Numbered from the stretch's first letter, positions 20,037 to 31,408 are shown. The stretch: 64,000 nucleotides of DNA from Bacteroidia bacterium (GCA_044238735.1 JBIICS010000002.1:3090-67089); one strand, 5' to 3'. The notes: generated by a model from the sequence alone, not told the origin. A program made the numbers and translations.

Positions 20037-21287
20037 TTATTCTGCTTTATCATTTTGCAGATTCAACTGCAACAATTCCTTAAATTTTACAGCAGAGGCA
20101 ATTACTACCCCAATTGTAATGCATCCGCCAAAAATTACAGAAGGTTTAATTCCCATAATTTTGGCAGCCAAACCCGATTCAAATGCCCCTAACTCGTTTG
20201 ATGATCCAATAAAAATAGTATTAACAGACGATACCCTGCCTCTCATGCTTTCCGGAGTATACAATTGTAAGATGGTCCCTCTTATCACCACACTTATCGC
20301 ATCAAAGGCACCTGTAAAAAACAAAAAGAAACAAGCCATAAATAAATTACTGGTAAATGCAAAGAGTAAGGTAAATACTCCAAACATAAAAACAGAAATA
20401 AATAAGATTTTTCCGGTGTTTTTAATAGGTGGATTTCCGGCTAAAAAAAGCATAGTAATTATAGATCCCAAAGCCGGAGATGACCTTAAATAGCCTAATA
20501 CATCTGGCCCTGCCTTAAAAATTTCCTGTGTGTAGGCGGGCAATATTGCGGTTACTCCGCCAAAAAGAACTGCAAACATATCCAGCGATAGTGCACCAAG
20601 TAAAATGGGATGTTTAAACACATAGGTTATCCCGGCCTTTAGGCTTACTCCAATGCTTTCGGTTTGGGGTTTAAACGTTTGTTTAAATCGGGCCTTTACA
20701 TTCCAATAAAGCACTACGGATAGGAGTGATAATATACTGATAATGATTTGAACACTAATATTACCCGAAATACCTAAGAAAACTGCCGCCAACATAGGGC
20801 CCAATACCATTGAAAATTGCCACGAAAAGCTGTTCCAAGTTGCAGCATTAGGTAAATGTTCTTTCTCAACTAACTGGGATATAAATGCAAAGTTAGATGG
20901 ACCCATAATTCCTCTTGAAAGACCGGTAAAAAAAATAATACCAAACAGAGTTGGTAATAAATAAATAGATGTAGATGCTAAATAGAGTGAAGCCAGCAGT
21001 GCGATTAGATTCAAAATACTGATGATAATCATCCCACCTAAGATAATTTTTTTTCGGCTACTGATATCTGCCCAGTGTCCGGCAAATAAACTTATGGATA
21101 AAGCTGGTATAGCTTCTGTTAATCCGATTAAACCTAAATACAATGCATTCTTAGTTATTTCATAAATCCACCACGATATCGCTACGGCTTGCATTTGGTA
21201 GGCTATTGTAATAATAAACCTAGAACTTAAGTGGATTAAAAATGGTTTTATGGTTAATGACTTAACGGATTCTTTTAAAGGTTTCAT
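20037..21287 (-). CDS. MFS-family transporter (12 predicted TM helices)
   Basis: Hydrophobic helix periodicity throughout. The loop 2-3 motif G..ADISSRKK resembles the MFS G-x-x-x-D-R/K-x-G-R motif. Confidence 0.7.
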   Translation of the reverse strand: MKPLKESVKSLTIKPFLIHLSSRFIITIAYQMQAVAISWWIYEITKNALYLGLIGLTEAIPALSISLFAGHWADISSRKKIILGGMIIISILNLIALLASLYLASTSIYLLPTLFGIIFFTGLSRGIMGPSNFAFISQLVEKEHLPNAATWNSFSWQFSMVLGPMLAAVFLGISGNISVQIIISILSLLSVVLYWNVKARFKQTFKPQTESIGVSLKAGITYVFKHPILLGALSLDMFAVLFGGVTAILPAYTQEIFKAGPDVLGYLRSSPALGSIITMLFLAGNPPIKNTGKILFISVFMFGVFTLLFAFTSNLFMACFFLFFTGAFDAISVVIRGTILQLYTPESMRGRVSSVNTIFIGSSNELGAFESGLAAKIMGIKPSVIFGGCITIGVVIASAVKFKELLQLNLQNDKAE

Positions 21288-21907
21288 TGCTGAGAATCGT
21301 TAATATTTCTGGATTTGCCTTTGTAGGAATTGGAAAAGTAAAGCGAAATACCTACACCATAGGTTGGATAGGAAAGATCGTAGTTTATGAAAACTTTTGG
21401 TCCAATACCTATATCGTAATAGGGTTTGTACACATACTCAAATTCAGCAAAAACACCGGGATTTCTATTGTAAAGCAAGGTGTCTTTTTTACCGTCAACG
21501 GGAAGCCAACCAAATGAATAGCTAATACCTAACGAATAGCTTAAATTGGAATATCTTTTAGGTTTTCTTTTCCCGTAACCGGCATGTAAACTGTAGGTTC
21601 TAAAATAGCGGTTTGTTCCCCACGAGTATAAACCAAAATTATAGAAATCATATTTATCATCTTCCTTGTCTCTTGGTCTTCTGTAATCTATACCATAGTT
21701 TAATAATGGAAAGTCAATGGGCTTAGACAAGAAACTGGAGGGGCCTATAGTGGCTGAAATATACCCGGTATTTATCTTAAAGCGAAGCTTTCCGTATACT
21801 ACCTCATCAGGAATATCTCCCATCGGGGTTTGCGCTTTAATATATACAAAGCATATTAATAAAACAAAGGTGAAAATTCTAGATTTCATCTTTGCAAAGC
21901 TAATCAA
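21284..21907 (-). CDS. Hypothetical secreted small outer-membrane beta-barrel-like protein (207 aa); overlaps the MFS start by 4 nt (ATGA)
   Basis: Signal peptide MKSRIFTFVLLICFVYIKAQ followed by alternating aromatic/hydrophilic strands. Lies downstream of the giant adhesin gene on the same strand. Confidence 0.45.
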   Translation of the reverse strand: MISFAKMKSRIFTFVLLICFVYIKAQTPMGDIPDEVVYGKLRFKINTGYISATIGPSSFLSKPIDFPLLNYGIDYRRPRDKEDDKYDFYNFGLYSWGTNRYFRTYSLHAGYGKRKPKRYSNLSYSLGISYSFGWLPVDGKKDTLLYNRNPGVFAEFEYVYKPYYDIGIGPKVFINYDLSYPTYGVGISLYFSNSYKGKSRNINDSQQ

Positions 21908-21937
21908 TTAACTTCTAAAAAAAGCTGATTTACTATT

Positions 21938-21968
21938 AGTAAAAAGACCGCTGTGGGCGGTCTTTTTG
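21938..21968. terminator. Bidirectional terminator (agaccgc-tgtg-ggcggtct with flanking A/T runs) after the giant adhesin gene
   Basis: Perfect 7-bp stem; a T-run follows on either strand. Confidence 0.55.
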
Positions 21969-21971
21969 ATA

Positions 21972-24900
21972 TTATCTTACAAGTGTTACCGAGCCACTCA
22001 TAAATCTTTTTGGGATTTCACTTCCGTCTTTTAATTCTCCTTTTATCATATAATAATAGGTGCCTTCGGGAGCAAGCTGACCCGATGTTGTTCTGCCGTC
22101 CCAACCGGTGTTAACCCCTTCCCATTCGTAAATTAATTGACCCCAGCGGTTAAAGATCACAACGTTTAATTCTTTTATTAAAAAAGATTTAACAAAGAAT
22201 ACATCGTTTTTCTGATCATCATTTGGGGAGAATACGTTTGGAATAAAAATGGAGTCTAGCGGTTCTTTTAAATCAACATATTTATATGCTGTGTCGGTAC
22301 AACCATTACTATCGGTTATTATTAAACGGATAGTATCTTGTGAATCTCCAAAATAATAGGTAAAGATTGGACTTTCTACACTGGTAGTAGTTGAACTTGG
22401 ATCGCCAAAGTGCCAGCTATAATTAGTTATAGTAACCCCAGTTGGAGTTGTAGAAGTATTGGTAAATTGAACTTGTAAAGGCACAACACCAGTGCTGTCT
22501 GTCATGGTAAAGGATGCAATGGCTTTTGGTATCTCGCCAATTATTGTATTTGAAGTAGCTGTAGTTACACAACCATCTAATGAAACTGCTACCAAAGTGT
22601 ATGTACCGGCCGCTAAATCGGTAGGATTTAAAACGGTAGAAACTGTGTTACCATTAGAATCTAACCAATAAATAAATTGTCCGTTTTGTACGTTCGCATT
22701 TGTTATAGATCCGTTTGCAAGATTACATTTGGCTTCATTTCCTTGTCCTGTACTGGTTATAACAGCAACTGGCAATACGTTTACAATGGCTGTATCGGTA
22801 GAGGTACAACTTCCATTAGAAGCAGTTACTGTGTACACCACTGAATTTAATGGATTAACAGAAATGCTGGTGCCAATAGTGCCCGTGTCCCACGTGTAAG
22901 AGCTTGCATTACCACTCACCGAAACTATGGCAGTCTCCCCTTTACAAATAGTAGACCCCTGCGCATTTATTGTTGGATTTTGAAGTAATGTTACCGTTGC
23001 AATTGCCGTATTTTTACAACCGTTAGCGTCTGACCCTTCAACGGTATAGGTGCTGGTAATTAAAGGGCTTACAATTAAGGTGTCATTAATAGTGCCCTCG
23101 CTCCATTGGTAGTTAACTCCTCCATTAGCCGTAAGGGTTGCGGCAGAGCCCGGACAAATACTCGGATTGTTTACAGTTATATTGGGCGGTATAATGGTGT
23201 TAATAAAGGCTAAGGCTGTATCCTTACATCCGGTTATGGCATCGGTAACGGTTAGCGTGTAAATGCTATTGGTACTTACAGTTGGATATATAGTGGTATT
23301 TGTACTTCCATTAGACCAGCTGGTAAAGAAAGCACCAGCCCCGGTTAAGGTAACTGTTCCGTTTTCGCAAACATTTGACGTAAAAGTGGTTTGATTGTTT
23401 ATGGTAGCTGTTGGAGTGTTGTTTACAGTAACACTCGCAAATGCAGTATCAGTACAGTTATTTTGGTTGGTACCGATTACTGTATAGGCTGTAGTTGATG
23501 TAGGGCTAACATTTATGCTAGGAGTCAGCGCATTGGTATTCCAAGAATACTGAACAGCCCCGCTAGCAGTTAATGTAGCCGAATTACCCGAGCAGATGGT
23601 AGTATCATTTATATTTAAAGATGGTTTTGGGTTAACGGTTATTACCCCCTGACCGTTAGCCACACAATTATTTCCATCCGTGCCCGTTACTGTATAGGTA
23701 TAAGTGCCGGGAGAAAAAATCACTAAACTAAGTGTGTCGTTAGTGGAAGAATTACTCCAGGTATAAGTAGAAGCGCCGCTTGCAACAATAGTTGCGGTAT
23801 TGCCCGAACATATTGTAGCATTGCTTACATTTAATTGTATTGGTGGATTAACCGAAACATTAACAATTGCTGTATCCATACAGCCAGAACTGTTTCCAAT
23901 AACAGTGTAACTTGTGTTTGATGTTGGATTGATGGATATACCATTGGTTAAATTTCCATTACTCCACGAATAGGTTGTGCCCCCGGAAGCATTTACCGTA
24001 ATATTAGCACCAAAACAAATCGTAGTATCTCTTATTGGATCACCATCAACTAAAACGTTTGGATTTGGAATAATATTAACGTTAACCCTTGCAGTATCTG
24101 TACAATTTCCTAATTGACCTACAATTGTAAACGTAGAATCGTTGGTGAGCGTTACATTTATTTGCCCTAATGAACTTCCGTTCGGAATCCAACTATACGA
24201 AGTAGCGTTTCCAGATGCCGTTATGGAGGTGCTGTTGCCTGCACATATTTGAGATGGAGCTGCACTTAATGTTGTCCCCGGTAAATTGTTTACAGTAACA
24301 ATGGAAGAGTCAGTAAGAATACATCCCTGGGCAGATTCGCCGGTAACATAATAGGTAATTGTATTATTTGGACTTACAGAAATACTGTTTCCAATCTGTC
24401 CATTGCTCCAACTGTAGCTTGCCGCATTACCTGTAACCGTTAAATTGCCAAATGAGCCTCTGCAAATAGCTATATCATTTGTACTTAAGGTAGGCAAAGC
24501 ATTAACAATGATGTTTACTGTATCCGTATTCGAGCAGTTATTTCCATCTGTACCTGTTACAATATAGCTGTTACTGGAAGATGGATTAAAAGCAACTCCA
24601 TTTGTTACTCCATTATTCCAGGTATAAGATTGTGTACCAAATCCATTTAATGTAATGGATTCTCCAATACAAATAGTATCATCGCTAGCTACCCCTAAAA
24701 CGTTAGGTTTGTCAAATACATTAATAATTTGTGAGCTGGAATCCGTGCAACCATTTAAACTTATAGTATGAGTAATAGTATTTAAACCAATATTTGAATT
24801 CGACGGACTAAAAATGGCACCACTAACACCATTTCCGGAGAAAGTTCCGCCGCTTAAATTGGGTACAATCGAAACGTTAGAGGCATTATTGCAATATTGT

Positions 24901-27900
24901 GCAGCTAAACCGGTAAAACCCGCGTCAGGCTTAGCTTTTATCTGTATGGTTGCTATAGCTGAGTCAGCAGCACACCCCCCTGAAGCAGGAATCGTATTTT
25001 GAATAGTATATGTTCCGGGAGTTGAAGCGCCAACATATATAACCCCACTTGCATCTATAACCAAACCGTTTCCACCACTAATAATTGTGAAGCTTCCAGC
25101 AGTACCACCATTTATATATACAGGTGCTTGATTAGGGTCGTTATTACATACAACCGACGCAATGGTAAAATCGGCACTTATCGAGCTACTGCTCACAGTT
25201 AAGTTATAATTTCTTGTAGAGGGACAAGTTCCGTTTGTAGTGTATGTTATAACATAGGTAGTACCTGCGGTTGTTGTACTCAAATCAATTTCTCCTGTAC
25301 TGCTATTTATGGTAGCTCCTCCCGATATACTAAAGGTACCACCGGGTTGTGCAATGGAACTTGGAATTGGATTGCTGCCTGTGATACAGGCTGTTAAGGT
25401 GGGATAAGTTACGCTGGCATTATCCTGACTGTAAACAGAGACAACTATAGTATCTGGTCTTCCTTTGCAGCCGGCCAAAGTGGGCGTTGCAATTATATTG
25501 GATACGATACTGCTCCCCGAATTATTGTTAGGTGCTGTCCAACTGGTAATATTACCATTGCCTAATAGAGGCTGATTTATTGATGAATTAGAGTTTGTCC
25601 AATCAACGGTTGCTCCTCCCGGATTTGAAGTAAAGTTAAGTGGACCCAGCGTTCCGCCAGGGCACGAACTAATATCGGGTAATGAAGTTAGGGCAGGTGT
25701 AGGGCTAATAGTGATTGTAAATGTTCCGGTATCGCTATTGCATCCGTTTACTTCTCCAGTAACTTTAATTGTGGAGGTATTATTAGTTCCCGAGTTATTG
25801 GCAGCTGTTATAAACGAGGGGATATTACCCGCTCCGCTAGCTCCTAAACCTATAGTTGTGTTGTCGTTTAACCAATTAAATGTACCGCCCGATGGGGTTG
25901 TGGAGAATGTGGGTATATTAGCATTAGTATTTGGACAATAAGTTTCATTGTTTAAAGCGGTTAAAGTCGGTTTAGGTTTTATAATAATGTTAAATGCCAT
26001 CGGAGAAGATTGGCAACCGTTATTCTGAGCCGATACATTGATACTTCCTACAATATTATTATTGGTATTATTATTTCCAGAGATGAAACTACCAATATTG
26101 CCATTTCCGCTTGCCCCTAGGCCAATAGCTGTATTGGTGTTGGTCCAGCTAAATGATGAGCCAAAAGGATTAGTGTTAAAGGCAGGAACTATTGTAGTTT
26201 GGCCTGGACAAACAGCAATATCCGGCTGCTTATCGATAATTGGTGTTGGGTAAATATAGATTTGGAAGCTTCCCGAAGAACCGGTACATCCATTAGCAGT
26301 GGCGGTTACACTTATACTTGCACTGTTGTTTATGCCGGATGAGTTAGCACCAGCAGTAAATGAAGGTATAGACCCGCTACCACTTACCCCTAAGCCAATA
26401 CTTGTATTATTATTGGTCCATGCATATGTACCGGCAGGATTACTATTAAACGCTGGAACATTAACCGAACTTCCCGGGCAAGCATATACATCCGATAATG
26501 AATTTAAAACCGGAATAGGTTTAATGGTGATAGTATATGTTAAATTACTTCCTGTACAACCATTTAAACTTGGTGTTGCCGAAATGGTTCCAGAATAGTT
26601 GGAGCCACTGGCATTTGATGGGGCTGTCCATCCATTAATATTTCCTGAACCTGAGGCAGGAATACCTATTGAAGTATTGCTATTAGTCCAGTTAATTGTT
26701 GCTCCTGATGGAGTTGTAGTAAAGGTTTGATTGGATATACTGTTTCCAGGGCAATAAGATTGATTGCTGATAGTGGATATAGCTGGAGTAGGTTTAATAG
26801 TAACATTAACGGTTTTTGGGTTACTTACACAACCGTTTAAAGTAGTTGTGTAACTGATGGTTCCCGAAATTGATGATCCGGTGCTATTTGAAGGGGCATT
26901 CCAGTTTGGAATGGAACCGGTTCCACTCGCACTTATTCCAATTGCAGTGTTATTGTTATTCCAGTTAAAGGATCCGCCAGCCGGAGAGCTGGAAAAAGTT
27001 CCAATGGATATAATTTCGGAAGGACAAACTGTAACATCACTCAAAGAATTAACCACCGGCGTAGGTTTAATTATGATATTAAAATTGACTGAAGCTCCAG
27101 AACACCCTGCAGCTGTAGCAATTACTGTTATCTGCGAGGTGAAATTTGAACCGGTATTGTTTACTGGTGCTGTCCAACTGGGAATACTTCCAACTCCTGA
27201 AGAGGCGGATAAACCTACAGTTGAAAAGCTTCCGCTGGCGGTCCAGCTAAATGTAGATCCACCAACAGAACTATTAAATGAAATAGCCGATATAGTGGCA
27301 CCCGGACAAGCGCTAACGTCAGAAACGGCTGCAACCGTTGGATTAGGATTTACAGTTACAGTTACTGAAGAGGTAACAGATGTTCCGCATGTATTGGTTA
27401 CTTTTCTTCTGTATAACGTTGTGGTTGTTAGCACCGGAGGATCGTAGGTTACGCCGGTAGCTCCAGGTATGTCAGACCAGGAAGTCCCACCATTAGTTGA
27501 CATTTCCCATTGGTACGTATAACCTGCAGAGCTATTACCCCCCGAAGCAGGTGTTAATTCGCTTAAAATAACGGGGTCTTGACCGCTACAAATGGTTTGA
27601 TTGCTTCCAACACCACCTGCCGAAACGTTACTATATACAGATATAGTAAAGGCTGTGGCAGCACTCTGGCAACCTCCTGTTGAAGCAGTAACATAGTAAG
27701 TAGCACTACTTCCTGCTGCAGGAGCAACTGGTGTGTAACTTGTTGTGTTGTTAGTGCCGGGAGCAGCAATAGTTAAACCAGAATTACTCCACCAATTATA
27801 ACTATAACCCGCATTAGATACTGTAAAGGTAGGCATAGCAGATCCGTTACAAACACTACTACTAACCGAGCTTGTGGCTGTAGGTGCTGAAGGAGCTGAG

Positions 27901-30842
27901 CCGTTAGTGATGGATACTTGACCCCAACTGTAGGTACAACTGTTACCATCCCTAACTATAACCGTGTAAGTTCCTTGTGTTAAATTGGTAAATGAATTAG
28001 ACACTTGATAAGTGGTACCGCCATTTATAGAATAATTAAGGGTAGGGGAGCCACTGGCGTTAATAGTTATAGTACCGTTATTACCCCCGCAAATCGTAAC
28101 ATCTGTTTTAGGTACAGATGAAACCGATGGTAATGGATTTACTGTTATAATAATTGAATTGGAATTGACGCTTCCACAAGTGTTGCTGGCCACTCTTCTA
28201 TAATAAGTAGTTGTGCTCAAAGAGGCAGGAGAGTATGTGGCTCCTGTAGCTCCCGGAATATTTGTCCAGTTTACTCCATCAGGCGAAGATTGCCATTGAT
28301 AGGTGGTAGCTCCGGTTCCGCCGGATGCCGCCGCTGAAGAGGTTATAGTGGCAGGTGTGGAGCCACTGCAAATGGTTTGAGCTGTAGCGATGGTTCCTCC
28401 ACTTAAGGCAGCATAAACATTTAAAGTAATAACATTTGCAAAAGTAACTGTTCCGCAGGCATCCGTAACTCTTACTCTTATATACTTGATGCTGGTTAAA
28501 CCATTTGGATGATCATACGAATTAGTATTTGCTCCTGCAATATCCGTCCAGGTTGCATTGTCTGGGCTTGATTGCCATTGATAACTATAAGGTCCATTTC
28601 CGCCGGATGCATTGGTGCTAAAGGTAATATTGGCCGGATCGCCCCCATTACAAACAGTCTGATTCGACCCTATGGTTCCGGCATTGAGGACCGGATATAC
28701 TGTTAAAGTTACAGTATTAGAATTTGCGCTACCGCATGTGTTTGAATATACTCGTCTGTATAGAGTGGTGGTGGTTATTACACCCGGGTCGAAAGTGGCT
28801 GCTGTTGCTCCGGTAATATTGGTCCAGGTAACTCCTCCATCGGTGCTTTGTTGCCATTGATAACCAGATGTACCAGTTCCGCCTGAGCCAGAAGTGCTAC
28901 TGGTAAGAGCCACCGGATCGGAGCCGGTACAATAGGAAGTACTTGTTGCAATGGTGCCTCCCACTACTGCGCTCGAAACATTAACTGTGGCATTGGCTGT
29001 TTTAGTACAACCCAATAAGTCGGTAATAGTTAAGGTATATGTTGTACTCGAAGCAGGAGAAGCTGTAGGATTTGCTACTGTTGAAGAACTTAATCCACTT
29101 GTTGGCGACCAAACAAAAGAGTTTACACTGTTATCCAATAAAAAGGTAATACTCCAGTTTACCAGAGTTCCTATATCTCCTGCGCCGTCATCCGCTACTT
29201 TAAGTGTCCAGTTACCATTTAAATTTTGCCCGTTAAATGAAGTAAAAGTTCCTTCAGGTCTAAAAGTGCCCGTAAATGGAGGAGATCCTGCCGTAATAGC
29301 CGTACCAGCATTAGGATTAAATATCGTATTTACATAATTATCACCTGTACCACCGTTATCAGTACTAAGTTCTATAGTTGTTCCGCCAGGGCTTATAAGA
29401 AAAATATCTAAGTCGCCATCATAAGGATGATTGATGTTAACAGTAACACTAACTAAAGTACCACTGGATAATAAAGTAGGTAAATAGCCACTTAAATTTA
29501 TTGAGTTAGATATTCCGGTTGCGTTATTGTCAGGGATGGCAGTGTTAAGATTACCAGAATTAAATGTTCTGGTTACCTGAGTAGAGGAGGTTGAGCTGGT
29601 GCTGGTAAGGTTTACAGAGCCACCAGGACAAATTGAAGAACTGGAGGGTGATACACTTACTGAGGGGCTGTAAACATTTACAGTGTAATAAGCTGTTTTT
29701 GAAGAGCCACAAGCTCCGTTAACAGTACACGTATAAGTGGTAGTAGTAGAGGGGCTAACCGTTACACTAGAGCTGGAACCAATAGAAGTTGCGCCGTTAG
29801 TCCAATTATAGGTAAAAGGGCCAGGGCCAATGGTGGCAATAGAAAGTGTTGTGCTGGAACCAGAACATATGGATGAACCACCCGTTGAAGAAATACTAAC
29901 GGTTTGTATCCCCGAATTTGCAGATACCACATAGTCGCAAACATCTCCCGCATATCCATCAATCATCAAATAGTAAGTGTTTCCCGGGGTTAAACCTGAA
30001 GCATTCACAGTATTGGTTCCGGGCGACATACTACCATCACAGCCAAAGCTTGTAACAGTTCCTGAACAGGTTCCGGTAGAAGAGAAAATTAAAAACTGAA
30101 TACCATCATTATAAGTACAGTTTGAAACAACTACGTTTAATGATATCGAAGAGGCGGAGGCAACAAAGGTAAGGAATGAGTTGTTTTCAATTGAGCCGCA
30201 AAAAGTTGAACTTAAACTTGACCAGGAAACGTTGTCATAAAAAGGGCTTGTAATACCACAATAACCGTTTAAGTCGCAAATGGGAACTGCATTTGAGCAA
30301 AAGTCTGCAGCCATTGGATTATTTCCGCATCCTGCGGGAGGGGCAGGTGCTGAATTTCCAAAACTTAAACTAATAGAATTTACCGTACCTATATCACCTG
30401 ATGTCCAATCTATTATACATAAATACCAAGTGCCATTAGCAGAGCTTCCGTTATTAAAATAGCCTAAATTTCCCTCAGGTCGGTAATCACCCGTAAATGG
30501 AGCAACACCAGAAGAGATAAGGGTAGGTGCATTCATTTTAAAGCAGGTATTGGTGTAGTTGTCATTACTACTACCGTTTTCACTGGATAGTTCAACTTTG
30601 CTACCATCAGGCGATTGAAGATAAAATGTTAGTTCAGAAACATAGGTATGACTAATATTTAAACACACACTGGTTAATCCATTGGAAGAGGAAAGACTAC
30701 CAATACCTGTTACAGATATCGGAAAACAAGTATAGGAGGTGCCATTATCTGGTATAGAACCACCTCCAGCAGTAAACGTTTGAGCTTTTATGTTTAAAAA
30801 AAAGACTCCAATGAATAAAATAGAAAGTAAAAATGTTTTCAT
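21972..30842 (-). CDS. Giant (2956 aa) SprB-like cell-surface adhesin: signal peptide, 2 proprotein-convertase P-domain-like modules, dozens of ~90-aa Ig/SprB-like repeats, and a T9SS type-B (gliding-motility-associated, CHU_C) C-terminal domain
   Basis: N-terminus MKTFLLSILFIGVFFLNIKAQ. P-domain-like YLQSPDGSKVELSSENG..DNY appears twice. Repeats of the form V.S..DVTVCPG...I...F.S.P.GGSF.W.N.NT.IG...SGSG.IP.W.A..N.TGS recur about 10 times. C-terminus ...IPNVFSPNDDQKNDVFFVK....FNRWGQLIYEW... is the type-B CTD signature. Confidence 0.85.
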   Translation of the reverse strand: MKTFLLSILFIGVFFLNIKAQTFTAGGGSIPDNGTSYTCFPISVTGIGSLSSSNGLTSVCLNISHTYVSELTFYLQSPDGSKVELSSENGSSNDNYTNTCFKMNAPTLISSGVAPFTGDYRPEGNLGYFNNGSSANGTWYLCIIDWTSGDIGTVNSISLSFGNSAPAPPAGCGNNPMAADFCSNAVPICDLNGYCGITSPFYDNVSWSSLSSTFCGSIENNSFLTFVASASSISLNVVVSNCTYNDGIQFLIFSSTGTCSGTVTSFGCDGSMSPGTNTVNASGLTPGNTYYLMIDGYAGDVCDYVVSANSGIQTVSISSTGGSSICSGSSTTLSIATIGPGPFTYNWTNGATSIGSSSSVTVSPSTTTTYTCTVNGACGSSKTAYYTVNVYSPSVSVSPSSSSICPGGSVNLTSTSSTSSTQVTRTFNSGNLNTAIPDNNATGISNSINLSGYLPTLLSSGTLVSVTVNINHPYDGDLDIFLISPGGTTIELSTDNGGTGDNYVNTIFNPNAGTAITAGSPPFTGTFRPEGTFTSFNGQNLNGNWTLKVADDGAGDIGTLVNWSITFLLDNSVNSFVWSPTSGLSSSTVANPTASPASSTTYTLTITDLLGCTKTANATVNVSSAVVGGTIATSTSYCTGSDPVALTSSTSGSGGTGTSGYQWQQSTDGGVTWTNITGATAATFDPGVITTTTLYRRVYSNTCGSANSNTVTLTVYPVLNAGTIGSNQTVCNGGDPANITFSTNASGGNGPYSYQWQSSPDNATWTDIAGANTNSYDHPNGLTSIKYIRVRVTDACGTVTFANVITLNVYAALSGGTIATAQTICSGSTPATITSSAAASGGTGATTYQWQSSPDGVNWTNIPGATGATYSPASLSTTTYYRRVASNTCGSVNSNSIIITVNPLPSVSSVPKTDVTICGGNNGTITINASGSPTLNYSINGGTTYQVSNSFTNLTQGTYTVIVRDGNSCTYSWGQVSITNGSAPSAPTATSSVSSSVCNGSAMPTFTVSNAGYSYNWWSNSGLTIAAPGTNNTTSYTPVAPAAGSSATYYVTASTGGCQSAATAFTISVYSNVSAGGVGSNQTICSGQDPVILSELTPASGGNSSAGYTYQWEMSTNGGTSWSDIPGATGVTYDPPVLTTTTLYRRKVTNTCGTSVTSSVTVTVNPNPTVAAVSDVSACPGATISAISFNSSVGGSTFSWTASGSFSTVGLSASSGVGSIPSWTAPVNNTGSNFTSQITVIATAAGCSGASVNFNIIIKPTPVVNSLSDVTVCPSEIISIGTFSSSPAGGSFNWNNNNTAIGISASGTGSIPNWNAPSNSTGSSISGTISYTTTLNGCVSNPKTVNVTIKPTPAISTISNQSYCPGNSISNQTFTTTPSGATINWTNSNTSIGIPASGSGNINGWTAPSNASGSNYSGTISATPSLNGCTGSNLTYTITIKPIPVLNSLSDVYACPGSSVNVPAFNSNPAGTYAWTNNNTSIGLGVSGSGSIPSFTAGANSSGINNSASISVTATANGCTGSSGSFQIYIYPTPIIDKQPDIAVCPGQTTIVPAFNTNPFGSSFSWTNTNTAIGLGASGNGNIGSFISGNNNTNNNIVGSINVSAQNNGCQSSPMAFNIIIKPKPTLTALNNETYCPNTNANIPTFSTTPSGGTFNWLNDNTTIGLGASGAGNIPSFITAANNSGTNNTSTIKVTGEVNGCNSDTGTFTITISPTPALTSLPDISSCPGGTLGPLNFTSNPGGATVDWTNSNSSINQPLLGNGNITSWTAPNNNSGSSIVSNIIATPTLAGCKGRPDTIVVSVYSQDNASVTYPTLTACITGSNPIPSSIAQPGGTFSISGGATINSSTGEIDLSTTTAGTTYVITYTTNGTCPSTRNYNLTVSSSSISADFTIASVVCNNDPNQAPVYINGGTAGSFTIISGGNGLVIDASGVIYVGASTPGTYTIQNTIPASGGCAADSAIATIQIKAKPDAGFTGLAAQYCNNASNVSIVPNLSGGTFSGNGVSGAIFSPSNSNIGLNTITHTISLNGCTDSSSQIINVFDKPNVLGVASDDTICIGESITLNGFGTQSYTWNNGVTNGVAFNPSSSNSYIVTGTDGNNCSNTDTVNIIVNALPTLSTNDIAICRGSFGNLTVTGNAASYSWSNGQIGNSISVSPNNTITYYVTGESAQGCILTDSSIVTVNNLPGTTLSAAPSQICAGNSTSITASGNATSYSWIPNGSSLGQINVTLTNDSTFTIVGQLGNCTDTARVNVNIIPNPNVLVDGDPIRDTTICFGANITVNASGGTTYSWSNGNLTNGISINPTSNTSYTVIGNSSGCMDTAIVNVSVNPPIQLNVSNATICSGNTATIVASGASTYTWSNSSTNDTLSLVIFSPGTYTYTVTGTDGNNCVANGQGVITVNPKPSLNINDTTICSGNSATLTASGAVQYSWNTNALTPSINVSPTSTTAYTVIGTNQNNCTDTAFASVTVNNTPTATINNQTTFTSNVCENGTVTLTGAGAFFTSWSNGSTNTTIYPTVSTNSIYTLTVTDAITGCKDTALAFINTIIPPNITVNNPSICPGSAATLTANGGVNYQWSEGTINDTLIVSPLITSTYTVEGSDANGCKNTAIATVTLLQNPTINAQGSTICKGETAIVSVSGNASSYTWDTGTIGTSISVNPLNSVVYTVTASNGSCTSTDTAIVNVLPVAVITSTGQGNEAKCNLANGSITNANVQNGQFIYWLDSNGNTVSTVLNPTDLAAGTYTLVAVSLDGCVTTATSNTIIGEIPKAIASFTMTDSTGVVPLQVQFTNTSTTPTGVTITNYSWHFGDPSSTTTSVESPIFTYYFGDSQDTIRLIITDSNGCTDTAYKYVDLKEPLDSIFIPNVFSPNDDQKNDVFFVKSFLIKELNVVIFNRWGQLIYEWEGVNTGWDGRTTSGQLAPEGTYYYMIKGELKDGSEIPKRFMSGSVTLVR

Positions 30843-30857
30843 TCTATATAATATAAA

Positions 30858-31271
30858 TTATTGTTTAAATTTTTCTTTAGGCGTATAGCCACTGATTTTT
30901 CTGGATTCGACTAATGCTCGCTCTGTTTCGCGATTGTCAAGGAAGGTTTTATTGAGGATGTAAAAACCCTCAGATTTTAGAACGCTGTTAACCATTTCTG
31001 GGGTTGTGGAATTTTTTATAATTAAATGGGTGTGCTTTTGCGGAGAACCTTCAACTTGAATAAATTTTACCCAACTTTGACTTCGGAGTAATTGATGAAC
31101 TTTTTCTACATCGGCTTTAGAACTTAAACCGTGAACATATACCGGTAACGAAATTTCGTCTTTTTCGGGTTTGGGTTTCTCTTGGCTAAACGATTTATAA
31201 GATGAAAAATTAAAAAGAAGAAACAATAAAACAGGTATTGTTAAGAAATTATTAAATTGTAATTTGCTCAT
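30858..31271 (-). CDS. Hypothetical small secreted protein (137 aa) immediately upstream of the giant adhesin gene
   Basis: Signal peptide, then a beta-alpha-beta-beta-alpha-beta-like core (PVYVHGLSSKADVEKVHQLL....FIQVEG) reminiscent of an HMA-like fold but lacking CxxC. 15-nt gap to the adhesin start. Confidence 0.4.
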   Translation of the reverse strand: MSKLQFNNFLTIPVLLFLLFNFSSYKSFSQEKPKPEKDEISLPVYVHGLSSKADVEKVHQLLRSQSWVKFIQVEGSPQKHTHLIIKNSTTPEMVNSVLKSEGFYILNKTFLDNRETERALVESRKISGYTPKEKFKQ

Positions 31272-31408
31272 GGGTAATTAGATTTAACAAGTGAAACTAC
31301 AATTTTTTTTTCAAAGTTTTACTAAAAAAAACGGGAGAACATAGTGTATATCAGATTAGATTTATTGAATAATTTAATCTTTTGAATAATAGATAGTTAA
31401 ATTTATAA

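Noticed and set aside
19883-20083. 66-aa plus-strand ORF
   Set aside because: It overlaps the tRNA-Leu gene and its terminator. Its translation has no protein-like features.
24814-29337. Many plus-strand ORFs of 60-196 aa inside the giant adhesin gene (24814, 25711, 26038, 26299, 26857, 28672, 28951 etc.), and the minus-strand ORF 27563..27769
   Set aside because: They lie antisense to, or in alternate frames of, a continuous 2956-aa ORF with clear domain repeats. Their Pro/Leu/Val-rich low-complexity translations are the expected mirror of Thr/Ser/Gly/Asn-rich coding sequence.
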